Assembly (NCBI GenBank): GCA_963726455.1
Contig: CAVSCK010000004.1
Coordinates: 1,568,001 to 1,632,000, forward strand
Direction: 5' to 3'
DNA: 64,000 nt
DNA from: an uncultured bacterium
GTDB taxonomy: Bacteria; Zixibacteria; MSB-5A5; CAIYYT01
Shown here: piece after piece, positions 50,972 to 59,548 of the stretch
Position numbering within the stretch: position 1 is the stretch's first letter
Layout: the number at the start of each line of letters is the position of its first letter
Made by a program: the position numbers and the translations under genes
The notes under the pieces: generated by a model
The model's input: the letters and a program-made list of their open reading frames with translations, nothing else
Told to the model about the DNA's origin: nothing
Databases searched by the model: none

Positions 50972-51313
50972 CTACTTCTCATCCAGCGCCACGGCTTGTT
51001 TGATATAGTAGCGTAACGCGGTCTCATTCATGTCTTTGAGATTCTTGATCTTCACGTGCTTCGACACCTTGCCTACACCCCTCAGCAAGCCGTATTTGTC
51101 CTTCAATTCCGCGCCGCGTGAAAAAGCAAAGGTGATGTCCTTCTTGGTAGGGCTGATAACCGCAATGATCCGCCTGCCCTTGAAGACAGGAATTCCATAA
51201 CCTATGGCCTCTTTCAGATTGGGCGCGGTCTCACGTACAAGTTTGCGAATTGTCGCAACGATGTCACGATGTTCCGGCAGGACTTTCAATTTTACGAATT
51301 CGTCGACGGTCAT
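50972..51313 (-). CDS. DUF1801 (YdhG-like) protein
   Basis: IRKLV..AP..EAIGYGIPVF and FSRGAELKDKYGLLRG. Confidence 0.8.
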   Translation of the reverse strand: MTVDEFVKLKVLPEHRDIVATIRKLVRETAPNLKEAIGYGIPVFKGRRIIAVISPTKKDITFAFSRGAELKDKYGLLRGVGKVSKHVKIKNLKDMNETALRYYIKQAVALDEK

Positions 51314-51363
51314 TACCACGGGCACACCTACATCCGGAATCAAACAACTGAATCGTTTGCGAG

Positions 51364-52068
51364 CTACTTGAAGCTCTTGCTGAACGCGTCGATCTGCTGA
51401 CCGATTGAGGTCAGGGTGTTGTCGACGTCAGCAGTCGTGTAGTCGCCGCTGTCGATCATCTTCTGGCCGACGACGGCAATATCATAGGCGGCCTTCTTGG
51501 TCTTATCGTCAAGCGGCCTTCCGCTCCAGGCATAGGCAAACTGCAGCTCGTTGACGGCGGCCTTCAGATCATGCCCGACAATTCCCGCAGCGCGGTCATC
51601 CCAATTGTCCTTTGCCTTGAGGTAGTGATGCAGGGCCAGCGCCAGATTGGCGCGCGCATAGGTGGTATCGAGCATACCTGATGGCGGCATGGTTCCCTTC
51701 TTGAGTTCATCCACGACTTGTTTCAGTTGAGTCTCCGACTGCTTGAGCATCGGCTTGGCCTCCGGCGTAGCGCGGCCGGCCTCGAGGCGCATGTACAACA
51801 CACCGTGGTTCAATTGTTGGGCGGCTTCCTTGCTGTTGCCGCGCTTGAGGGCATCCCGCGCCTGCAGGAAGAACTGCTGGTGCAGTTGCTGATCCATGTA
51901 TTCCACCCAGGACTCTTCCTCAACCCAGAAACCTCCACCCTGGTTGGTCACTTCGGTCAAGGAGTCGGCCGCTGATCGAAGCTTGACCGCGTCAGTGGCA
52001 AATCCCGGTTGTCCAAAAACCATCATGGCCATCAGCGCCAATACGATAGATGTGATAATGTGTTTCAC
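51364..52068 (-). CDS. Secreted alpha-helical hypothetical protein (possibly YfdX-like)
   Basis: GGAGG RBS and GTG at 52068, signal peptide, helical composition. Confidence 0.6.
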   Translation of the reverse strand: MKHIITSIVLALMAMMVFGQPGFATDAVKLRSAADSLTEVTNQGGGFWVEEESWVEYMDQQLHQQFFLQARDALKRGNSKEAAQQLNHGVLYMRLEAGRATPEAKPMLKQSETQLKQVVDELKKGTMPPSGMLDTTYARANLALALHHYLKAKDNWDDRAAGIVGHDLKAAVNELQFAYAWSGRPLDDKTKKAAYDIAVVGQKMIDSGDYTTADVDNTLTSIGQQIDAFSKSFK

Positions 52069-52341
52069 GATACCTCCATCAGACTTACCATTAGTCATTT
52101 GTTGATCCAAGAAAGCTCATTTCCCTCTGCGCCCGGGCGAAGTCCAGTTGACGCTTGGGTTTCGGCGTCGCCTGTTGACTTGCCCCAAATTCCAGCAACC
52201 CCTTGCATAATAAGAAGCAAACCGAAGTTAGCAATATGCAATCGGTCTGTCAATAGCGAGGACAAAATAGCATTTGGCCAAGCCCATGCAGGATCGCGCC
52301 TTGAACGCTCAAGACCAGCCGAAGATTCAGGAAAAAGGGAG

Positions 52342-52370
52342 TTGACAAACCACTTAGATTTGCTTATTCT
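52342..52370 (+). promoter_or_regulatory. sigma70 promoter for the FG-GAP/dockerin gene
   Basis: TTGACA-N17-TATTCT. Confidence 0.55.
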
Positions 52371-52593
52371 GGCAATAGAAATTCCACAGTGTGTTCCTTC
52401 CGGAGGGTTTAAGGCAGAGTTTTTATTGCTAGCTCGTATAGCGGGCTTTGACAATAACTACTGCGGTCGTGTTCAGGCGACTGGCAGTTTAAGCGCGCCT
52501 TGTTCTGTAATTCGGAGGTTGTTCAACTCCGGTCTTTGTGAGAATTTTGGCGACTCTGCCAAAATCCAAGTCAGATAGGTTAGGGAGGTTGTA

Positions 52594-55329
52594 ATGAATT
52601 GCTCTACTTTCAGGCCAATCTTGGCGTTGCTTTGTCTTGTCGTTTGGACGTCTGCGGCCATGGCTCAACTCGACCCGGGAAGGCCGGACACGGTGTATTT
52701 CAGCGGAGGTCCCCTCATCGTGGGGCAGTCGAGACCTTTGACCCTCACAATCGACAACGACTATGCCGTCAGGTGCTATTCAATTCCTGTGATTTTTTCG
52801 ACAATCGACGGCGGTTTTGCAAGATATGACTCCATCGTTTACATCAATCGTCTCGCGGATCCGAGCATTTACGATTATCGGCTGTTGAGTAACCACACGA
52901 ACGGTCTGTCGCCAGACACACTTCATTTCGGAGCCACCGGAGGTACCGGACTGCCACCGGGCAACACGCCGACTGCGCAAGTATTCTTTACAGGTTTGAC
53001 TGCAGGGACAATTCTGGTTGATAGCGGATTTGTACCACCGGCGGGACCACTGGTGTTTTGCGGCAATCCTTCAGAATCTTACAAACCAGTATGGATACCA
53101 GCTACGATTCAAGTGCAGACAGGCACCCAGCCACCGCTGCTCTCGCTCCCACCTGCCCCGCTGAAGTTGGTTCTCGGGCAAACAGCACAATTCAGCGTAA
53201 GCGGCAGTTCTCCGGAAGGATTCCCAGTAACTCTGTCGAGATTGAGTTTCACTGATTACGATAACGATGCTCGCTTTCCCGCCAATGGAGGGACTCTGGG
53301 TTCCGGCAATCCCGCACAATTCAGCTGGACGCCGACGTCCGGCGACATCGGAATCTGGCTAGTTACTTTCGAAGTCTGCGATTCCTCGGGTTCTTGCAGG
53401 ACCGGAGGTGTTGAAATCCAGGTTCTTCAGAATTCGAGCTTCTTGCTTCCATTCCAACAGGCCGAGATTCCGAATGTTTGCCATGCTACCGGACTTCTGC
53501 ATGGCAACTTCGACTCCGACCTTTATCCTGAGCTCTATCTGAGCGGCACAACCCAATCGTATACAAATGCCGATGAAGTCTATGACTATACTCCTGGCGG
53601 AACGTTGCAGTTGGTTCATAGTACATTACCGAACCCGGCCTGCCCCAGGTACGGCCCACAAGCCGGATACTTCAACGGCGATCCCTACCTGGATCTCCTG
53701 GCGATGCGTCTCTATGGAACACAGTCGAGACTGGTCCTCCAATACGGCGATGGCAACAATGAGTTTACGGAAGATATACATAACGTCGGAACGACAGTTC
53801 GTACTTCGACGCTTGGAGAATTCACAGGCGACAATTATCTGGATGTAGCGTATGCGTTCTTCACGGGCGTGACGGTATTTGCCAGTGACGGGGCGGGCAA
53901 CTACACGCAATCGCTGTCCATTCCATCGGATGATTCGGCCTTGACTGTAAATAGCGCTGATTTCAACGACGACGGGCACGATGACCTGGCGATAGGCAGC
54001 ACGCACTTCATACGTATTTACCTCGGCGATGGAGCCGGGGGCTTCACGCTTGCGCAGTCCTACGACCAGACTTACGGCTCAGTTGACATTGAGGTCACTA
54101 ACCAGGGCAGCGATTTCAACAATGACAACATTTTTGACTTGTGCATATCGACGCCATCTTATGGAGGTACATCCAGCAAGATGATGGTGTATCTGGGAAA
54201 TGGTGACGGTTCGTTTGCTCAGCAGACTGTGCGCACGGTCAAAGGGCAGATATTTGGGAACACTGTTGGCGATTTCAACGGTGATGGGAATCTGGACATT
54301 GCCTACGTAAACGGCGCCAAGCGCTATGCGGCGATCCTTTTCGGTGACGGCAACGGTTCATTCACCAATGAAGTGCGTTACGCGATTCCAATGGATAATC
54401 CGTACCTGATTGACGCGCTTGATATTGATTTGGATGGCGACGTTGATCTGTCTGTAGTGGCAACCGTAACACCTCAGATCAATTCTATCTTCCTCCTCAC
54501 CAATCAGCTTAATCCCGGCGGATTCCTTCGCAAAGCACTCGACATTTCGGCTCACGACGTCGCGAAGCTGGAATTGGTCTCGTCAACCGGCAAGATCCTT
54601 AACGAAGTTAGAAATACGATGCCGGCGACCGCGCTCTACAAGCGAAACCTGGACGGGAATAATATGATTGACAAGTACGCCGTCATGGGCTCAGTGGAGG
54701 CAGGAGAATATACTCTGTCTGCCAAGCCAATTCCCGGGTCACGCGCTGATCAGCCGTTTGCGCTGGAATTTCGAGCAAGCGACAAGCTGTATCGGCTGGC
54801 TAAGGATGTCGTCATGCCGGCATCCGGTGTGAATTTTGGTGTCTGTTTGGATGGTAACACGAATGTTCAGCCGCAGTCTGGCGTCTTTATGTTCGGGAAC
54901 CAGCCGACATTCAGCTGGTATGGTACGGGACAGTTTGACTTCCAATTAGCGACTGATCCGGGCTTCGTCAGCCCGGCGATCAGCAAGACCGTCAGCGGCA
55001 ACATGTACAGGCCAGACACGGCACTCGCGGTGACTGATACTGTCAGCTATTTCTGGCGCATTAAGCCGCACAGTGAATCTCAGTATGGCTTGGTTTACAC
55101 GATTAATCTCATGAGCGGGGGATCGCAGATTTGTGGCGACGTTGATGCATCCGGCACCGTCGACATCAGTGACGCCGTAGCGCAGTTGATGTATATTTTC
55201 AACGGCGGCAGTCTGGCAAACCCGGATTTTGGCGATGTCAATTGCGACCAGACGATCGATATCTCTGATGTAGTAGGATTGATCTTATACATTTTCAGCG
55301 GGGGAGCGGCGCCTTGTAGCGGGTGTTGA
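52594..55329 (+). CDS. Secreted protein: cohesin-like and Ig domains, FG-GAP/VCBS propeller, C-terminal dockerin
   Basis: Signal peptide, repeated DFNxDGxxDLA and LGxGDG motifs, GDVDASG..DISDAV and GDVNCD..DISDVV loops. Confidence 0.88.
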   Translation: MNCSTFRPILALLCLVVWTSAAMAQLDPGRPDTVYFSGGPLIVGQSRPLTLTIDNDYAVRCYSIPVIFSTIDGGFARYDSIVYINRLADPSIYDYRLLSNHTNGLSPDTLHFGATGGTGLPPGNTPTAQVFFTGLTAGTILVDSGFVPPAGPLVFCGNPSESYKPVWIPATIQVQTGTQPPLLSLPPAPLKLVLGQTAQFSVSGSSPEGFPVTLSRLSFTDYDNDARFPANGGTLGSGNPAQFSWTPTSGDIGIWLVTFEVCDSSGSCRTGGVEIQVLQNSSFLLPFQQAEIPNVCHATGLLHGNFDSDLYPELYLSGTTQSYTNADEVYDYTPGGTLQLVHSTLPNPACPRYGPQAGYFNGDPYLDLLAMRLYGTQSRLVLQYGDGNNEFTEDIHNVGTTVRTSTLGEFTGDNYLDVAYAFFTGVTVFASDGAGNYTQSLSIPSDDSALTVNSADFNDDGHDDLAIGSTHFIRIYLGDGAGGFTLAQSYDQTYGSVDIEVTNQGSDFNNDNIFDLCISTPSYGGTSSKMMVYLGNGDGSFAQQTVRTVKGQIFGNTVGDFNGDGNLDIAYVNGAKRYAAILFGDGNGSFTNEVRYAIPMDNPYLIDALDIDLDGDVDLSVVATVTPQINSIFLLTNQLNPGGFLRKALDISAHDVAKLELVSSTGKILNEVRNTMPATALYKRNLDGNNMIDKYAVMGSVEAGEYTLSAKPIPGSRADQPFALEFRASDKLYRLAKDVVMPASGVNFGVCLDGNTNVQPQSGVFMFGNQPTFSWYGTGQFDFQLATDPGFVSPAISKTVSGNMYRPDTALAVTDTVSYFWRIKPHSESQYGLVYTINLMSGGSQICGDVDASGTVDISDAVAQLMYIFNGGSLANPDFGDVNCDQTIDISDVVGLILYIFSGGAAPCSGC

Positions 55330-55362
55330 GCGCGGCAACCCTCTTCATATCATCGAATATAT

Positions 55363-55397
55363 CCGGCAGGCGTCAGTGCCTGCCGGTTCCTTTTTTT
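55363..55397 (+). terminator. Rho-independent terminator
   Basis: CCGGCAGGC-GTCAGT-GCCTGCCGG followed by TTCCTTTTTTT. Confidence 0.75.
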
Positions 55398-55505
55398 GGG
55401 GCCGGATTATTCGCGTTATGTTTTCGCCCCGACCCTCCGAATCACAGTCCCGGCAAAGACTTCTATGGAATGCTCGCTTTCAATCATGCCAATCGCGATT
55501 TTCCC

Positions 55506-56315
55506 TTACCACCCGCCGCTGGCACCACCACCTCCGGAGGCGCCACCTCCTCCACCACCAAAACCGCCGCCTCCGTATCCACCGCCTGCACTCCAGCCGC
55601 CACCCGCTGAATAGCCACCACCGAGGCCGGTCGCACCGGCGGAACGCTTGGCAGGTGGCGGCAAATCGACAGGCGGACTTTCGGGAAAAGTGCGAAAGCT
55701 CCAAGTATACCGATCGAGAGGTTTTCTTCCGAATACGAGAGTCACGCCCACGAGCAAGACTACAAGGCCGAGCACGGCATACCAGAAGGAAATCCCTTCA
55801 TCCATATTGGCCTGCAGCGGAAGAGACGGCTGATAATTGCCGGAGATTCCCTTGACGATACCACTTACAACACTATCGATACCGATATAGTATTGACCCT
55901 TGCGGAACTCTCGAGCCATCGGCGAGTATTTCGATACAATTCGACCCGCCTCCAGATCGGTCAACTCGCCCTCCAAACCGTACCCCAATTCAAGCCGAGC
56001 TTTGCGATCCTCAAAAGCCATCAGAAACAGGACGCCGTTATTCTTGCCCTTCTGACCCAGCCCCCACCGGTTGAATACATCGTGGGCGTAATCTTCCAAT
56101 GACTCGCCCTCCAGACTCTTGATTGTAAGGACGGCGATTTCATTCGTACTCTGCTGACGATAGGCCAGAATCTTCTGTTCCAAATCCCGGCGCTGCTGGC
56201 CGTCCAAGACTTGAGCGAGATCAACAATTGGCGACTCGTAACGGGGAACCTGCAGCGCCTTCGACGTGGAAGGAACAACAGCCAGAAGGATAATTATGAG
56301 GATGAAGCGTTTCAT
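55506..56315 (-). CDS. TPM-domain protein (YgcG-like), second paralog
   Basis: DLAQVL, WGLG..KNNGVLFL and GYGLEG; Gly-rich tail ending GGGGASGGW. Confidence 0.88.
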   Translation of the reverse strand: MKRFILIIILLAVVPSTSKALQVPRYESPIVDLAQVLDGQQRRDLEQKILAYRQQSTNEIAVLTIKSLEGESLEDYAHDVFNRWGLGQKGKNNGVLFLMAFEDRKARLELGYGLEGELTDLEAGRIVSKYSPMAREFRKGQYYIGIDSVVSGIVKGISGNYQPSLPLQANMDEGISFWYAVLGLVVLLVGVTLVFGRKPLDRYTWSFRTFPESPPVDLPPPAKRSAGATGLGGGYSAGGGWSAGGGYGGGGFGGGGGGASGGGGASGGW

Positions 56316-56384
56316 GTGTGACGTATCTGAACTCTGCGAGTGCCTGCCCTGCCTACATGTGGAACAACGCTGAAGTGACGATAC

Positions 56385-57017
56385 CTACGAGACGATCTCC
56401 GGTCGGTCGGGAAGCTCGTTGATGTCGTCAGATTCGCGCGGGAAGAACTGCGACATTTGATTTGCGATTTCGCCGACGGCCTGGATGATACCTTCGGCGT
56501 GTTTACCCTGAGTCATGGCTTTCTCGATCAGGGAATGCGGATGCTGCCAGTAAGCCGGATCAAGTTTCTCGGCAATCGCCTTGTCGGCAATGACGGCGGC
56601 TTCGCCCTCCTCCATCGACATGAAGATCAATACGCCGGTGTGCCCACGCGTGGGGGTTAACTTGCCGAAATGGTGCAGGGCGTTTTTCCAGACGGCTTTG
56701 TGACGCGCAGAGAGACGGCGCAGCCAGGCATAAATGCCGAAGTAGCCGAGGAGAAATCCGACGATGCCGTAGAATGCCGCTTGAGTGTATTGATAATACG
56801 TTCCCCAGTTGTTCTTCACAGTCAGGAGCAAGGTGACAACTGCAAACAGGATTCCGAGTCCTGCGGCGAACAGCAGACGATCGACCAGCCAGTGTTTGGA
56901 ATGCGGCGCCAGCACAATGGCTATTTCCCCCGAAGTTTTCAGTTCCGCGGCCTTGACGGCCTCGGTTATGCGATCGAGGTCATTGTCCGAAAAATACTTG
57001 TCAACTAGCGTAGCCAT
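56385..57017 (-). CDS. TPM-domain membrane protein
   Basis: AELKTSGEI, TGVLIF and DDINELPD. Confidence 0.85.
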   Translation of the reverse strand: MATLVDKYFSDNDLDRITEAVKAAELKTSGEIAIVLAPHSKHWLVDRLLFAAGLGILFAVVTLLLTVKNNWGTYYQYTQAAFYGIVGFLLGYFGIYAWLRRLSARHKAVWKNALHHFGKLTPTRGHTGVLIFMSMEEGEAAVIADKAIAEKLDPAYWQHPHSLIEKAMTQGKHAEGIIQAVGEIANQMSQFFPRESDDINELPDRPEIVS

Positions 57018-57029
57018 ACTCTCTGCTCC

Positions 57030-57758
57030 TTACCAACCGCCGGAGGCGCCGCCCCCACCGGATGAGCCACCACCAAAACTGAAGCCACCTCCGCCTCCAC
57101 CACCACCGGAGAATCCGCCGCCGGTCCAGCCACCGCCCATCGGACCCCACCAGCGGCCACCACCACCACGAATCCTACCAAAAATGAGACGCATGATCAT
57201 CGCCACTATCCCAATGATGATAAAGCCGAAGAATGCCGCCGGGTTCTGACCGTTGCGCGAACGCTGTGCCGGGGGATTGTATTCGCCGCCGATTGCCTGA
57301 ATGATACCGTCGACAACGGCGTTGACGCCGGTGTTGTAGTCGTCGGCTCGGAAAGCCGCAGCCATGGGCGAATTGCGGGCGACAATGCGGCCAGACTCCA
57401 GATCGGTCAATTCGCCTTCGAGTCCATAGCCGACCTCCAGACGCGCCTTGCGATCGTCGACGGACATCAGAAAGAGAACTCCATTGTCCTTGCCCTTCTT
57501 TCCGATCCCCCACTTGGCAAAGACATCATGAGAGTAGTCGTCGAGAGAGGCGCCGTCCAGACTCTTGATGATCAGAACGCCGATCTCATTGGTAGATTGT
57601 GCCCGGTAGTTGACGATTTTCTGTTCCAATTCCTGACGTTGCTGGGCGCTCAGTACGTTCGCCAAATCAGTGACCGGCGAATTATAAGGCGGCACGTCCA
57701 AGGCATAGCAGGATGCCGCCAGTAACAGAACAATCAGGAATGAAGCGACTCTTTTCAC
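57030..57758 (-). CDS. TPM-domain protein (YgcG-like)
   Basis: WGIGKKGKDNGVLFL and EVGYGLEG; Gly-rich tail. Confidence 0.9.
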   Translation of the reverse strand: MKRVASFLIVLLLAASCYALDVPPYNSPVTDLANVLSAQQRQELEQKIVNYRAQSTNEIGVLIIKSLDGASLDDYSHDVFAKWGIGKKGKDNGVLFLMSVDDRKARLEVGYGLEGELTDLESGRIVARNSPMAAAFRADDYNTGVNAVVDGIIQAIGGEYNPPAQRSRNGQNPAAFFGFIIIGIVAMIMRLIFGRIRGGGGRWWGPMGGGWTGGGFSGGGGGGGGFSFGGGSSGGGGASGGW

Positions 57759-57776
57759 GGTGCGTTATACCCGGTG

Positions 57777-58394
57777 CTACTTCTTCTCGAAAATTTGTTT
57801 GACGCTGGGCGCCTGCTGTGCTTCAGCCGCGGCGGCGAAGAATTCCTTTTGATACGGAAAACCGAAAAGCGATCCCGCCAACAACGCCTTGACTGATTTC
57901 TGCCGGTAAGTATTGTAGGTCCGCACCGACTCGTTAAAGGTGCGACGTTCCTGGGCAATGCGATTTTCGGTGCCCTCCAACTGAGTCAGCAGGTCAGAAT
58001 ACATCTGTTCGCCCTTGATATCGGGATAACGCTCGACTACGACGTTGATGAACGAATTCAGTTGCTTGGACAGCATACCGGACAGCGAATCCAGCAGCGC
58101 CGGATTTTGTTGCGACAACGCGGATTGCGCCGAGGATTTCAGCTCAAGAACGCGCTGGCGCATGGCGATGACATCGGTCAGGGTTTTCTGCTGACGCTCC
58201 ATAAAGTTGTCAACCGCGGCTACCAGATTCGGAACAAGGTCGAACCGGCGCTGGTAGACGTTTTGCACCTGCGACCATTTTTCATCAACGGCCTGCGAGC
58301 GGTCGATCAAGCCGCCACGACCGGACCAGATCACACCGGCGACGATCAGGACCAGCAGGATGATCACGCCTAATACTATGCCAAGAACCTTCAT
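57777..58394 (-). CDS. lemA: LemA family protein
   Basis: WSQVQNVYQRRFDLVPNLV, VERYPDIK and LEGTENRI; AAGGAG RBS. Confidence 0.92.
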   Translation of the reverse strand: MKVLGIVLGVIILLVLIVAGVIWSGRGGLIDRSQAVDEKWSQVQNVYQRRFDLVPNLVAAVDNFMERQQKTLTDVIAMRQRVLELKSSAQSALSQQNPALLDSLSGMLSKQLNSFINVVVERYPDIKGEQMYSDLLTQLEGTENRIAQERRTFNESVRTYNTYRQKSVKALLAGSLFGFPYQKEFFAAAAEAQQAPSVKQIFEKK

Positions 58395-58517
58395 GATTTT
58401 CTCCTTTGACCGGCGGCTAATTCGACCGCCGGAAATAAGCAATGTAATTCAATGTCATTAACAAGACCTTTTTCTCTCCGGACCTGCGACCGACAGCAAG
58501 TCCTACTTCGCACAGAG

Positions 58518-58544
58518 TACGGAAACGCCACGGGATTTGTTTCA
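58518..58544 (-). promoter_or_regulatory. SigW-like ECF promoter for the lemA-TPM operon
   Basis: TGAAAC-N17-CGTA. Confidence 0.5.
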
Positions 58545-58603
58545 ACAACTGGAACCGATTTCGGCTAGATGATTAAGGGGTCAAGGAGTTGCGAGGTGAC
58601 ATT

Positions 58604-59479
58604 TCAGAGGCTCGGCTGAGGATTTCGCTTCTGATAAGTCACTGCCAATACACCGATCATAATCAGGATGCCACCCACAACAAAGTACTTATCGAAGGAT
58701 TCCGACAATATCAGGAAGCCCAGGAGGGTTGCTACGAGTGGTTCAAGAAGGGTCATCATCGAGGCAGCCACGGCGGAGAGGCGCTTGAGAAGATAGAACC
58801 ACATGCTGAAGGCGACGCCGTTGATGAGAATTGCCAGGAAGAGAACGGAACCGACGCCCCTGGCATCAAGGACGAGGTGCACCGGTGTTTCCAGAATTGC
58901 GAGCGCGGGCAGCAACACAAGCATTCCGACCGGAAGTTGCAGTATCGCAAGCGCCAGGGAATTAATCTGACCGAGATCGCGTTTCGTCTTGACGGTTGCC
59001 CAGGCGCAGAACACGGAACTGAGCACCATTGCCAGCATTCCGGAAATTGTTCCCGTCACACTGAAATTGCCGGCGAAGAGAACGATTGTACCGACGAAGC
59101 CGACCAGGAGACCACCAACGATGCGCAGGGTCAATCGCTCGTCCGGCACCATAAAGTGAGCGATGATTCCCGTGAATAGTGGCATGGTAGCGTACAGGAT
59201 GGCCGACATAGAGGCGCCGATTCGTTCCTGTCCCCAGTATAACAGCGCGAAACTGACTCCGTAGAGGAGAAAACCGGCGATGAAGAAATCGCGTCTGATG
59301 TGAGGGATATTCGGAAAACGGAAGCGCCACAGCCGGAAGACAAGGAAGAACACGGCAAATGCGATAGCTGCACGCAGAGTAGCGGCAGTAAACGGTGGCA
59401 TGGCCTGCAGACCGATCTTCATGACGACCCAGCTTGCGCCGAACAGGAGCACGCCGAGGATATAGACTACCCAGATCAT
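58604..59479 (-). CDS. DMT/EamA family transporter
   Basis: About 10 TM helices in two EamA repeats. Confidence 0.88.
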   Translation of the reverse strand: MIWVVYILGVLLFGASWVVMKIGLQAMPPFTAATLRAAIAFAVFFLVFRLWRFRFPNIPHIRRDFFIAGFLLYGVSFALLYWGQERIGASMSAILYATMPLFTGIIAHFMVPDERLTLRIVGGLLVGFVGTIVLFAGNFSVTGTISGMLAMVLSSVFCAWATVKTKRDLGQINSLALAILQLPVGMLVLLPALAILETPVHLVLDARGVGSVLFLAILINGVAFSMWFYLLKRLSAVAASMMTLLEPLVATLLGFLILSESFDKYFVVGGILIMIGVLAVTYQKRNPQPSL

Positions 59480-59548
59480 AAAAGTCAGCTCACTTCAACT
59501 CATTTTTGAATTCGGAGAACGCCTGCGGATTAAGCTGAGGTCGGATGG

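Noticed and set aside
52125-52190. c-di-GMP-I-like riboswitch upstream of 52068 (minus strand GGGCAAGTC...GACTTCGCCC hairpin)
   Set aside because: A long hairpin is present, but the GNRA loop, GACGCAAAGC and tetraloop-receptor features do not match.
55396-57249. Proline-rich plus-strand ORFs
   Set aside because: These are antisense shadows of the Gly-rich tails of TPM genes.
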